Positions 9,513 to 18,480 of a stretch of 64,000 nucleotides of DNA are shown here, piece by piece (position 1 is the first letter of the stretch; each line of letters begins with the position of its first letter). The notes beneath the pieces were generated by a model. That model was not told where the DNA came from. It worked only from the letters and a program-made list of their open reading frames with translations, and searched no databases. Position numbers and translations under genes: made by a program. The stretch comes from an uncultured Candidatus Rokubacteria bacterium (lineage in GTDB: Bacteria; Methylomirabilota; Methylomirabilia; Rokubacteriales; CSP1-6). Where the stretch lies: positions 384,001 to 448,000 of the forward strand of contig CAVXJS010000014.1 in the NCBI GenBank assembly GCA_963762145.1, given 5' to 3'.

Positions 9513-9905
9513 ATGGCCGCGAGCGCGCCGAAGATTCCGGCTCCGATCCCGTCGCCCGAGACCGCGCCCTTCTGGGAAGCGGCGGCCAAGGGCAAGCTGC
9601 TCGTGAAGCACTGCACCGCCTGCGGGCGCGCGCATCACTACCCGCGCCCCCACTGCCCGTTCTGCGGCAGCGACCGCACCGAGTGGAAGGAGTCCGCGGG
9701 CCGCGGGGTCATCTACTCCTACAGCGTGATGCGGCGTGCGACCCCGCCCTACACCATCGCCTACGTGACGCTGGAGGAAGGGCCCACCATGATGACCAAC
9801 CTGGTGGACTGCGACGTCGACGGGCTCCGCGTCGGCCAGCCGGTGCGCGTGGTGTGGACGCCGACCGACGGCGGCCCGCCGGTGCCCATGTTCACCCCCC
9901 GGTAG
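9513..9905 (+). CDS. Zn-ribbon/OB-fold (DUF35-type) thiolase partner
   Basis: PFWEAA, CTACG...YPRPHCPFC, GRGVIYSYSV, LEEGPTMMTNLV. Confidence 0.9.
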   Translation: MAASAPKIPAPIPSPETAPFWEAAAKGKLLVKHCTACGRAHHYPRPHCPFCGSDRTEWKESAGRGVIYSYSVMRRATPPYTIAYVTLEEGPTMMTNLVDCDVDGLRVGQPVRVVWTPTDGGPPVPMFTPR

Positions 9906-9914
9906 CTCTCCCTC

Positions 9915-11960
9915 GTGGGACGCTACCGGCTCGGCATCGACATCGGCGGGACGTTCACCGACTTCAGCCTCCTGGACGAGAGAACCGGCGAGCTCTCGAG
10001 CTTCAAGTCGCCGACCGTGCCGGGCGATCCCGCCCGGGGCGTCCTCGACGGCTTTCGCGCCCTCGTGGCGGAGCGGGGGTTCGACCCGGGGGCGCTCGAC
10101 TACCTGGTCCACGGCGCGACGATCGCCATCAACACCGTCATCCAGCGCAACGGCGCCTCGCTGGGGCTCCTGGTCACCGCGGGCTTCGGCGACGTGCTCG
10201 AGATCCAGCGGCTCCGGCTCGCGAGCCCGGTGAACTTCACGGCCACGCGCCCGCGGCCGCTCATCCCGCGCTACCGCGTGGGCGAGGTGACCGAGCGCAT
10301 CCTGACCGACGGCACCGTCGACACCCCGCTCGACCGCGCGGAGCTCCTGCGCGAGGCGACCCGGCTCGTCGAGCGGGAGGGCGCCGAGGCGCTCGTCGTC
10401 TCGTTCGTCAACGCCTACCGCACCCCCGCGCACGAGGCGGAAGCGCGCAAGGTCCTGGCGGAGCGCTTCCCCGGGCTCCACGTCACGTGCTCGCACGAGA
10501 TCTGGCCCCAGATCCGCGAGTACGAGCGCACGATGGTGGCCATCCTGAGCGCGTACGTGCGGCCGCGCGTGGATCAGTACCTGGGGCGGCTCGAGCGGGA
10601 GCTGGGCGGCGTTGGAGTGCGCGTGCCGCTGTACATCACGAAATCGAACGGCGGTGTGACCACCGCACGCGACGCGCGCCAGGCCACCGCGGAGACCATG
10701 CTGTCGGGCCCGGCCTCGGGTGTCATCGGTGCGACGCACGTCTGCGTCCGGGCCGGCTACCGCGACCTGATCACCTTCGACATGGGCGGCACCAGCGCCG
10801 ACATCGCCCTCGTGCGAGACGGCCGCCCGGTGTACTCGACCAGCGAGACGGTGGGCGACTTCCCGATCGTCATGCCGGTGGTCGGCGTGTCGTCGATCGG
10901 GGCGGGCGGCGGCTCCATCGCGTGGCTCGACCCGGTCGGGGTCTTGAAGGTCGGCCCGCGCAGCGCGGGCGCCGATCCGGGGCCCGCCTGCTACGGCCAT
11001 GGCGGGACCGAGCCGGCGCTGTCCGATGCCTTCCTCCTCTGCGGCTTCCTCAACCCCGACAACTTCGTCGGGGGCCGGCTTCGCCTCCATCCCGACCAGG
11101 CCGCGCGGGCCATGCGGCCGCTCGGCGAGGCGCTCGGCCTCGACGTGCACGAGACCGCCGAGGCGGTGATCGAGGTGGCCACCGCCAACATGTACGCGGC
11201 CTTCTCGAACGTGCTCGCCCGGCACGGACTCGACCCGCGCGACTTCGCCCTGGTCGCCTTCGGCGGCGCCGGCCCCATCGAGGCGTGCTTTCTGGCCGAG
11301 GAGTTCCACATCCCTCGCGTCATCGTGCCGCCGTCCCCGGGCACGCTCTGCGCGCAGGGCGCCATGATGGCTGACGTCAAGAGCGACTACGTGAAGACGA
11401 TTCACCGGAAGCTCTCCGCGACCTCGGGCAAGCTGCTCGCCGCCGAGTGCGCGGACCTGTCGGCGCGCGCGACGCGCTGGCTCCGCGAGGAGGCGCCCGC
11501 CGTCCCGGAGAGCACGATCGCTTACAGCGCGGACCTCCGCTACGTGGGGCAGGCCTTCCAGATCGAGGTGCCGATCGAGCCCGCGTGGCTGGAGGAGCCC
11601 GGCCCCGATCGTCTCCGGGACGCGTTCCACGATCTCCACGACCGCCTGTACGCCCACGCCGACCGCGCCGCCGACGTCGAGCTCATCGACCTACGCGCGA
11701 CGATCACCGGCGCCACCCCGAAGCCCGCCCTCCGGGCGGTCCCGAGCGGAGGCGGGCCGGCGACGCCGGCGGGGCAGCGCGCGATCCACTACCGCAAGCA
11801 GCGCCACCACGCCGCGGTGTACCACCGGGGCGACCTCCTGGCTGGCCAGCATCTCGTTGGCCCCGCCGTCGTCGAACAGGAGGACACGACCACGCTGGTG
11901 CCGGCGGGCTTCCGCGCCACCGTCGACGCGTTCGGCAACCTCGTCATCGAGGCTGCGTAG
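9915..11960 (+). CDS. Hydantoinase A/5-oxoprolinase family protein
   Basis: GIDIGGTFTD, LSGPASGV, DMGGTSADI, IGAGGGSIA, SAGADPGPACYG. Confidence 0.93.
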   Translation: MGRYRLGIDIGGTFTDFSLLDERTGELSSFKSPTVPGDPARGVLDGFRALVAERGFDPGALDYLVHGATIAINTVIQRNGASLGLLVTAGFGDVLEIQRLRLASPVNFTATRPRPLIPRYRVGEVTERILTDGTVDTPLDRAELLREATRLVEREGAEALVVSFVNAYRTPAHEAEARKVLAERFPGLHVTCSHEIWPQIREYERTMVAILSAYVRPRVDQYLGRLERELGGVGVRVPLYITKSNGGVTTARDARQATAETMLSGPASGVIGATHVCVRAGYRDLITFDMGGTSADIALVRDGRPVYSTSETVGDFPIVMPVVGVSSIGAGGGSIAWLDPVGVLKVGPRSAGADPGPACYGHGGTEPALSDAFLLCGFLNPDNFVGGRLRLHPDQAARAMRPLGEALGLDVHETAEAVIEVATANMYAAFSNVLARHGLDPRDFALVAFGGAGPIEACFLAEEFHIPRVIVPPSPGTLCAQGAMMADVKSDYVKTIHRKLSATSGKLLAAECADLSARATRWLREEAPAVPESTIAYSADLRYVGQAFQIEVPIEPAWLEEPGPDRLRDAFHDLHDRLYAHADRAADVELIDLRATITGATPKPALRAVPSGGGPATPAGQRAIHYRKQRHHAAVYHRGDLLAGQHLVGPAVVEQEDTTTLVPAGFRATVDAFGNLVIEAA

Positions 11961-11962
11961 CC

Positions 11963-13948
11963 ATGGCCATCGACCGGGTCACGCTGGAGATCCTGCGCAA
12001 TCACTACCAGGCGGTGGTGGAGGACATGGCGCGGATCATGGAGCGCACCGCCTACACCACGTTCGTGAAGGAGACCGCGGACTTCTCGACGGGGCTCGTC
12101 TCGACGGGTGGGGAATACGTGGCCTATCCCTGGAGCCTGGGCGCCTCGTCGTATCTCGGGCTCAACATGGCCCACACCCTCGCCTACTTCGACCACTACG
12201 ACGAGGGCGATATCGTCATCTGCAACGACGCGTATCTGTCGGGCCCGCTGTGCACGCACTTGCCGGACATCCACATCCTCCGCCCGATCTTCCACGAGGG
12301 GCGCGTGATCTGCTGGGGCTACGCCTTCGTCCACTCCTCCGACATCGGCGGCGCGGTGCCGGCCAGCGTCTGGCCGCGGGCGACCGAGATCTTCCAGGAG
12401 GGTCTGCGGCTTCGACCCACCAAGCTCTACCGGGCCGGGGTCCTCCAGGAAGACGTCAAGAACCTGATCGGGGACAACTGCCGCATCCCCGACGTCAACT
12501 GGGGCGACATCAAGGCGATGGTGGCCGCGGTCAGCTCGTGCGACCGGCGCGTCCAGGAGATGATCGGCAAGTTCGGCCTCGCCACCGTGGAGGAGGGGAT
12601 CGACGCGGTCCTCGACTACGCCGAGCAGCGGGCGCGCGTGGCGATCCGCAAGATTCCCGACGGCACCTATCGGTTCACCGAGTACATGGAGGACGACCTC
12701 CGCTCGGAGGTGCCGGTCCGCATCCAGGTCGCCCTGACGATCGAGGGTGACGCGATCCATCTCGATTTCACCGGCACCGATCCCCAGGTGGGCTCGGCGC
12801 TCAACATGGCGACCCATGGGGTGACGCATCCATTTCTATGCCAGGCGATCAACGCCTACCTGGTCACCGAGGATCCGGGAATCCCGAAGGCCTCCAGCAT
12901 TCTCCGACCGGTGCGGGTCACGGCGCCGCCCGGCTGTCTCGTCAACGCGCTCTTCCCATCGCCGATCGGCGTGCGCTACGGGACCGTGCTCCGGGTCTTC
13001 GACGCGGTCCTCGGCGCGCTCGCCCAGGCGCTCCCCGGCCGCGTGCCTGCCGCGCCGGCGGGCGGGATCTCCCCCGTGGTGGCCTCGGTCCTGGACCTGA
13101 TGACCGGCCAGCGGCAGGTCCAGGTCGTCGAGCCGATGCTGGGCGGCGGCGGCGGCCGCCCCGGCATGGACGGGATCAGCGGCGCCGATTCGACCGCGGG
13201 CTTCCTCCGGAACACGCCGGTCGAGAGCATCGAGGCCGAGGTGCCGATCGTCATGCGCCGCTATCACCTGATTCCCGACACGGGCGGAGCGGGAGAATTC
13301 CGCGGTGGCCTCGCGGTGCGCCTGGACTTCCAGGTGTTTCACCCGCACGCCATCGTCACCGCGCGCGGGATGGAGCGGTGCCGTCTGGAGCCCTGGGGCG
13401 TCGGCGGGGGCCGTGCGGGCACGATGGGGAGCTGCGTGGTCAATCGCGGGACGTCGCGGGCGCGCGACATCGGCAAGGTCGACGTGCTGCACCTCGAGCC
13501 CGGCGACGTGGTGAGCTTCTTCTCGCCGAGCGGGGGCGGCCACGGCGATCCGCGCCGCCGGGACCCGGAGGCGGTGCGGGCCGACGTGCGCGCGGGATTT
13601 CTCAGCGCCGAGCGGGGCCGCGAGGCCTACGGCGTCGTGCTCGCCGACGGGGAGGTCGACACGGAGGCGACGGCGCGGCGGCGCGCGGCCATGCCGGCCT
13701 CGCCCGGCGAGGGATTCGACTTCGGCGCGCGCCGCGCCGAGATGGAGCGACGCTGGCCGCCCGCGATCCAGGATGCCGCTCACCGGGTCCTCGGGAGTGT
13801 GCCGCCGGCGGTGCGCGACTGGGGCAAGCACCAGATCTACGAGCGGATTCGCGAGATCACGGTCACTCGCCCGCCGACCACGGCCGACGTGGACGCGGCC
13901 TGGGCCGACATCCGGGCGCGCCTGGCGCGCGCGCTCGGGGAGACGTGA
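11963..13948 (+). CDS. Hydantoinase B/oxoprolinase family protein
   Basis: MAIDRVTLEIL, KETADFS, NDAYLSG..HLPDI, HSSDIGG, IFQEGL, NTPVESIEAE, GGAGEFRGG. Confidence 0.93.
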   Translation: MAIDRVTLEILRNHYQAVVEDMARIMERTAYTTFVKETADFSTGLVSTGGEYVAYPWSLGASSYLGLNMAHTLAYFDHYDEGDIVICNDAYLSGPLCTHLPDIHILRPIFHEGRVICWGYAFVHSSDIGGAVPASVWPRATEIFQEGLRLRPTKLYRAGVLQEDVKNLIGDNCRIPDVNWGDIKAMVAAVSSCDRRVQEMIGKFGLATVEEGIDAVLDYAEQRARVAIRKIPDGTYRFTEYMEDDLRSEVPVRIQVALTIEGDAIHLDFTGTDPQVGSALNMATHGVTHPFLCQAINAYLVTEDPGIPKASSILRPVRVTAPPGCLVNALFPSPIGVRYGTVLRVFDAVLGALAQALPGRVPAAPAGGISPVVASVLDLMTGQRQVQVVEPMLGGGGGRPGMDGISGADSTAGFLRNTPVESIEAEVPIVMRRYHLIPDTGGAGEFRGGLAVRLDFQVFHPHAIVTARGMERCRLEPWGVGGGRAGTMGSCVVNRGTSRARDIGKVDVLHLEPGDVVSFFSPSGGGHGDPRRRDPEAVRADVRAGFLSAERGREAYGVVLADGEVDTEATARRRAAMPASPGEGFDFGARRAEMERRWPPAIQDAAHRVLGSVPPAVRDWGKHQIYERIREITVTRPPTTADVDAAWADIRARLARALGET

Positions 13949-14049
13949 GGCCGCGGAACCCGGCCGCCGGCGGCCCGCTGGGGCCGACGTTCACGCCGCG
14001 GCAGCGATAACCCGCTCGTCCTCGAGCACGTCGGCGCTATAGTAGCGGC

Positions 14050-14267
14050 GTGCTGCTGCTGGAGCCGATCACGTGTCCGCTGGGCGTCGCGGCGGCTCTA
14101 CCTGATGCGTGACCAGGTGCTCGGCGTGCTGAGCGAGTTACCGGTCGCGCGGTGCGAGGGCTGCGGCCTCCTCGATCAGAACCCGAGCGGGCGCGTCGAC
14201 CAGCTCGGCCTGGCTTGTCCTCCGGATTACCCCGCGCACGCCCGCGACCCGGAGCTCGGGCGTATCG
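14050..14267 (+). pseudogene. Degenerate duplicate of the 5' end of the downstream methyltransferase
   Basis: Aligns by eye to 14484-14714, with an 11-nt frameshifting deletion in the first CxxC and several substitutions. Confidence 0.8.
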
Positions 14268-14273
14268 TAGTCG

Positions 14274-14453
14274 GTGGGGGGCTTTCTGCCGGTCCAGGGC
14301 GGAACCGTCGCGGTCACCGCGATCCATGCCTTCACCGACCAGGTCACCGGAGTCGGCGGCTCCATGAAGCGCAGCATCGACAGCAAGGTCATGGCGGGCA
14401 AGATGAAGGAGATGTACGAGGCCGCGCGGGAGAGGAGCCAGAAGGAACGTTGA
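14274..14453 (+). pseudogene. Orphan C-terminal gene fragment
   Basis: Reads VGGFLPVQGGTVAVTAIHAFTDQVTGVGGSMKRSIDSKVMAGKMKEMYEAARERSQKER* with coding-like codon usage. An in-frame TAG lies two codons upstream. Confidence 0.45.
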
Positions 14454-14483
14454 CGCCCCCTCTATATGCCGAATAGCGACCGC

Positions 14484-15494
14484 ATGCTCGCCCTGGAGCC
14501 GATCACGTGTCCACTGTGCGGGTCGGGGGCGTCTCGGCGGCTCTACCTGATGCGCGACCAGGCGCTCGGCGTGCCGGGTGAGTTCCCGCTCGCGCGCTGC
14601 GAGGGCTGTGGCCTCCTCTATCAGAACCCGCGCGTGCGCGTCGACCAGCTCGGCCTGGCGTACCCGCCGGATTACCCCGCGCATGCCCGCGACCCGGAGC
14701 TCTGGCGGATCGTGCGTCAGCTCGACGCAGGCGGCCGCTGGTTCCTGGCCACGCGGCTCGGCTACGCGCACCTCCGCCCGGATCGGGTGAGCGCGGCCGA
14801 GCGGCTGCGCGCGCTGGGCCGGCGCCGCAAGTATCTCGAGCTGTTCCCACCGTGGGCGCCCGAGGGACGCCTGCTTGACGTGGGCTGCGCGACCGGAAGA
14901 TACCTGCGCCAGATGGGCGCGGTGGGCTGGCAGCTCGCCGGGATCGAGTTCGATCCGGAGGCCGCCGCGAAGGCGCGCACGGTCACGCCGGATGTCTTCG
15001 AGGGCGATCCCGTCGACGCGCCCTTTGCGCCGGGCCGCTTCGATGTGGTCACCGCGTTCCACGTGATCGAGCACCTCCCCGACCCGCTCGGGGCGCTGCG
15101 GCGCATGGTCGAGTGGCTCGCCCCGGGCGGCCTCATGATCGTGGAGGTGCCGAACGTGGGCGGGGTGGGGGGGCGCGTGTTCGGACGCTACTGGTCCGGT
15201 CTCGACTTCCCGCGTCACCTCATACACTTCACGCCGGAGACCATGGGGGCGATGGTGGCGCGCGCCGGAGGCCGGGTGGAGCGCGCCGCGCATCGCACCA
15301 AGCCGCGCTACCTGATCCGGAGCCTGCGCAACCTGCTGGGCGACCGATCGGGCCCGGCCGCGCGCTCCGCGCTGGCGTTGAGCCGGAGTCGCGTGGGCGC
15401 CGGAGCGATGAAGCTCGTCCTCGAGGGACTGATGCCGCTGGCCCGGCCCACCGGCCTCGGTGAGGCGGTGCGCTACTTCATCCGGCGCGCCTGA
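14484..15494 (+). CDS. Class I SAM-dependent methyltransferase with N-terminal Zn-finger
   Basis: CPLC...CEGC, LLDVGCATG, FDVVTAFHVIEHLPDP, PRHLIHFT. An alternative start exists at 14466. Confidence 0.88.
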   Translation: MLALEPITCPLCGSGASRRLYLMRDQALGVPGEFPLARCEGCGLLYQNPRVRVDQLGLAYPPDYPAHARDPELWRIVRQLDAGGRWFLATRLGYAHLRPDRVSAAERLRALGRRRKYLELFPPWAPEGRLLDVGCATGRYLRQMGAVGWQLAGIEFDPEAAAKARTVTPDVFEGDPVDAPFAPGRFDVVTAFHVIEHLPDPLGALRRMVEWLAPGGLMIVEVPNVGGVGGRVFGRYWSGLDFPRHLIHFTPETMGAMVARAGGRVERAAHRTKPRYLIRSLRNLLGDRSGPAARSALALSRSRVGAGAMKLVLEGLMPLARPTGLGEAVRYFIRRA

Positions 15495-15516
15495 CCGCAC
15501 GCCGGCGCCGTCCTCG

Positions 15517-16260
15517 ATGGACGCGGGCCCGCTCCTCGTCGGTATCGCGTGCGCCGCCGCCCTCGTGACCGGCTTCCTGCGCAACGCGGTGGGCGGAGGC
15601 ATCGGGCTCGCCCTCACGCCGATCCTGACGATCGTCCTGCCGCCCCAGCAGGTGCTCGCGATGATCGGCCTGCTCCTGCTCCTGAGCGACCCCATCTCGC
15701 TCTGGCTCTACTGGGGGCGCTGGGACCGCGGGGAGGCGCGCCGGCTCGTGCCCGCGATGCTCGTCGGCATCGCGCTGGGCGGCTGGCTGGTGGCCGGCCT
15801 CTCCGCGACGTCGCTGCGCCACGCCATCGGCGCGGCCGCTCTGGTCTTCGGATCGGTGCAGCTCGCGGTCATGCTGCGCGGCGGGACGCCGTCCGCAGCG
15901 CCGGTCGCGCGGCCGGTGGCGATGGGCGTCGGACTGGTCGCGGGGGTGGCCTCGACGGTGGCACATTCGGGCGGCGTGGTGCTCGGACTCTATCTGGTCG
16001 GCCGGCCCCTCAGCAGTGCCGGCGTGGTGGCGACCGGCACCCTGGCCTACGCCATGTCCGACGTGGTGAAGGTCGGCACGTACGCCGCGATCGGCTGGGT
16101 CACGCCCCCGCTCCTGCTCGCCACCGTCGCGGCGACGCCGTTCCTGTACCTCGGGAGCTGGCTGGGATACCGGCTGAACGCCCGGCTGCCGCGGCGGGCC
16201 TTCGCGCTGACCCTGGTGGCCATCGCGCTCGCCGGCGCGCTCCGTCTCCTGCTGAGCTGA
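15517..16260 (+). CDS. Sulfite exporter TauE/SafE family membrane protein
   Basis: Hydrophobic multi-TM protein with GFLRNAVGGGIGLALTP and STVAHSGG half-repeats. Confidence 0.8.
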   Translation: MDAGPLLVGIACAAALVTGFLRNAVGGGIGLALTPILTIVLPPQQVLAMIGLLLLLSDPISLWLYWGRWDRGEARRLVPAMLVGIALGGWLVAGLSATSLRHAIGAAALVFGSVQLAVMLRGGTPSAAPVARPVAMGVGLVAGVASTVAHSGGVVLGLYLVGRPLSSAGVVATGTLAYAMSDVVKVGTYAAIGWVTPPLLLATVAATPFLYLGSWLGYRLNARLPRRAFALTLVAIALAGALRLLLS

Positions 16261-16301
16261 CGCGCCGAATTTCCGCGGCTCGACCCGGCGAGCGTGGGAG
16301 G

Positions 16302-17387
16302 ATGGACGGCGTCGGAGCGAACGTGGACGACACCTCCTCGCCGTTGAAATCGATCATGAAGTGGGTCGGCATCGTGGCGGCCGTGCTGTCGCTGATTGCC
16401 GGGGTGCGCCAGTTCCTCACCCTGAGCGCCGACTCCGCGGAGCGCGAGCGGCGGATCGGCGAGCTGCTGGCGACCGGCGCGGCCCAGCAGCAGGCCCGGG
16501 ACTATCCGCAGGCGTGGACGACGCTCGAGACCGCGCTGGCGCAGGCCGAGCAGGGCAATCTCCTCGCCAAGCTGACGCGTCGGCTGGGCGAGCGGCGGCG
16601 ACAGGTGAGGGCGGCGCAGGAGAACCTGGCGATGCAGTGGCTGGAGAACATCTCGGTGCCGCAGGGGCAGACGTTCACGAGCATCGTCGACAAGGTGCTG
16701 CCCGTGCTTCATCGGGGCGCGCTCGAGGCCTCCGGGGCGCGGGTCGGTGACCTGTACGCGCACATCGGCTGGGGATACTTCCTGAAGCGGCGCGACGGGC
16801 CGTCGACGCTGGATCCCGCCCCGTGGTACGCCAAGGCGCTGGAGAGCGATCCCGCCAATCCTTACGCCCACGCCTTCTCGGGTCACTGGAAGATGTGGAG
16901 CAACGAGCCGCTCGACGCCGCGATGGGGGAGTTTGCCAGGGCGGTGGCGAGCGATCGCGAGCGCCCGTACGTGCGCGGCGTGCAAGTGTCGGCGTTGCTG
17001 AACCGGGGCAGCGTCGACGCCCGCCTGGAGCTCGTCAAGGTTGCCAACGAGATGCGCAAGAACGGCGAGCCCATCGACGGCCGATTGCTCCGTGAGCTGA
17101 GGGGGATCTACCAGGCCGCGCTGCACGACAAGCCCTCGAGTGACCGCCTGATCGTCGCGGTGCCGGCGCCGGAGCATCTGGCGACGATCCAGATGATCAA
17201 GGCGGGCTCCTCCTCCGCGGCAGGGTCGGACGAGTCGCTGGATGTGGCGAGAGCGCTCCTGGAAGAGGCGGGAGGCCTCCCGGAAGACGCGCTGAAGACC
17301 TGGCGCGCGGTGCGCGCGAATCAGCCGGAGGCGGCCAGTCCGATCGCCCGGCGTGCCGACGCGGCGATCAAGCGCCTGGCGAGATGA
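16302..17387 (+). CDS. Hypothetical membrane-anchored, TPR-like helical protein
   Basis: ATG follows GGGAGG. N-terminal TM segment (KWVGIVAAVLSLIAGV) and a TPR-like YAKALESDPANPYAHA segment. Confidence 0.65.
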   Translation: MDGVGANVDDTSSPLKSIMKWVGIVAAVLSLIAGVRQFLTLSADSAERERRIGELLATGAAQQQARDYPQAWTTLETALAQAEQGNLLAKLTRRLGERRRQVRAAQENLAMQWLENISVPQGQTFTSIVDKVLPVLHRGALEASGARVGDLYAHIGWGYFLKRRDGPSTLDPAPWYAKALESDPANPYAHAFSGHWKMWSNEPLDAAMGEFARAVASDRERPYVRGVQVSALLNRGSVDARLELVKVANEMRKNGEPIDGRLLRELRGIYQAALHDKPSSDRLIVAVPAPEHLATIQMIKAGSSSAAGSDESLDVARALLEEAGGLPEDALKTWRAVRANQPEAASPIARRADAAIKRLAR

Positions 17388-17416
17388 GCGGTCGGCCCTT
17401 GCGCTGCGCGGACCAT

Positions 17417-18478
17417 CTATAGCTTCGCCATCACCCGATCCGCGAAGTCCTCGATCACGCGGTACTGCCGGTTGAGCGGCGGGTAGAGCATGATCTGGCT
17501 CAGCCCCTGGCTCTCCAGCTCCTTCAGGCGCTCCACGATGCGCTGGGGCGCGCCGGTGAGGCACGTGGCCTCGATCAGCTCCGGAGTGACGAAGCGCGCC
17601 TCCTCCGGATCCACGAAGCTGTAGTGGCTGCCGTGCAGGCGCTGGTGCCGGACCTCGGGCGGCGCCTCGTTGAGCCACCCGAGATAGGCCTTCCACACCG
17701 GCCGCGCGTAGGCGGGCGGCTCCGCGCCGGTCTCCAGGTGGTGCGCGACCAGGTAGTGCAGCCCGGTGATCACCGCGGCGCCGCACTCCGCGATGATGCG
17801 CTCGGAGTTGGCTGCCTCGCCCGGTTGCAGCAGCGCCACGTTCACCATGGCCGAGGTGTAAAAATCCTTCGGCAGCGCGCGCCCGGCCTTCTGGGCGCCG
17901 CGGCGCGCGTTGGCGAGCATCTCCGGGACCGTGCCGCCGCGGGGCAGGCCCGAGACGAGCCCGTCGCCCAGCTCGCCGGCCAGGGCCTGCGCCTTCGGGC
18001 CGAACGCCGCGATGTAGACCGGGATCGGGTGGTCGAGATCGATGAAGCGATGCTCGCGCATCTGGAACCGGATCGGGTGAGTCTCGCCGTTCAACGTGTA
18101 GTCGACCTCTTCGCCGCGGAGCAGGGCGCGGACGGTCTGCACGTACTCCTTGAACGGAGCGAGGCGCATCGGCTTCTGGCCGAGCGTGCGCATCGCGGTG
18201 TGACCGGTGCCGAGCCCGATGAAGCAGCGGCCGGGCGCGAGGCGGTTGATGGTGGCGATGCCGTTCGCCGCCACCGGCGCGAGCCGGAGCCCGGGCACGT
18301 TCACCCCGGTGCCGAGGCGCATGCGCCGCGTCTGCTGGGCGGCCAGGGCCAGCACCGCCCAGCAGTTCGACCGGATCATCTGGCTGTCGGTGACCCAGCA
18401 GTGCGAGTAGCCGAGGTTCTCGGCGTGGGTGATGTAGCCGATCTCGTCGATCTTGGCGTGGACGATGCCGAAGTCCAT
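17417..18478 (-). CDS. LLM-class flavin-dependent oxidoreductase
   Basis: MDFGIV, AENLGYSHCWVTDSQ, RLGTGVNVP, IGLGTG, YIAAFGPKAQALAGELGDG. Confidence 0.9.
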   Translation of the reverse strand: MDFGIVHAKIDEIGYITHAENLGYSHCWVTDSQMIRSNCWAVLALAAQQTRRMRLGTGVNVPGLRLAPVAANGIATINRLAPGRCFIGLGTGHTAMRTLGQKPMRLAPFKEYVQTVRALLRGEEVDYTLNGETHPIRFQMREHRFIDLDHPIPVYIAAFGPKAQALAGELGDGLVSGLPRGGTVPEMLANARRGAQKAGRALPKDFYTSAMVNVALLQPGEAANSERIIAECGAAVITGLHYLVAHHLETGAEPPAYARPVWKAYLGWLNEAPPEVRHQRLHGSHYSFVDPEEARFVTPELIEATCLTGAPQRIVERLKELESQGLSQIMLYPPLNRQYRVIEDFADRVMAKL

Positions 18479-18480
18479 GG

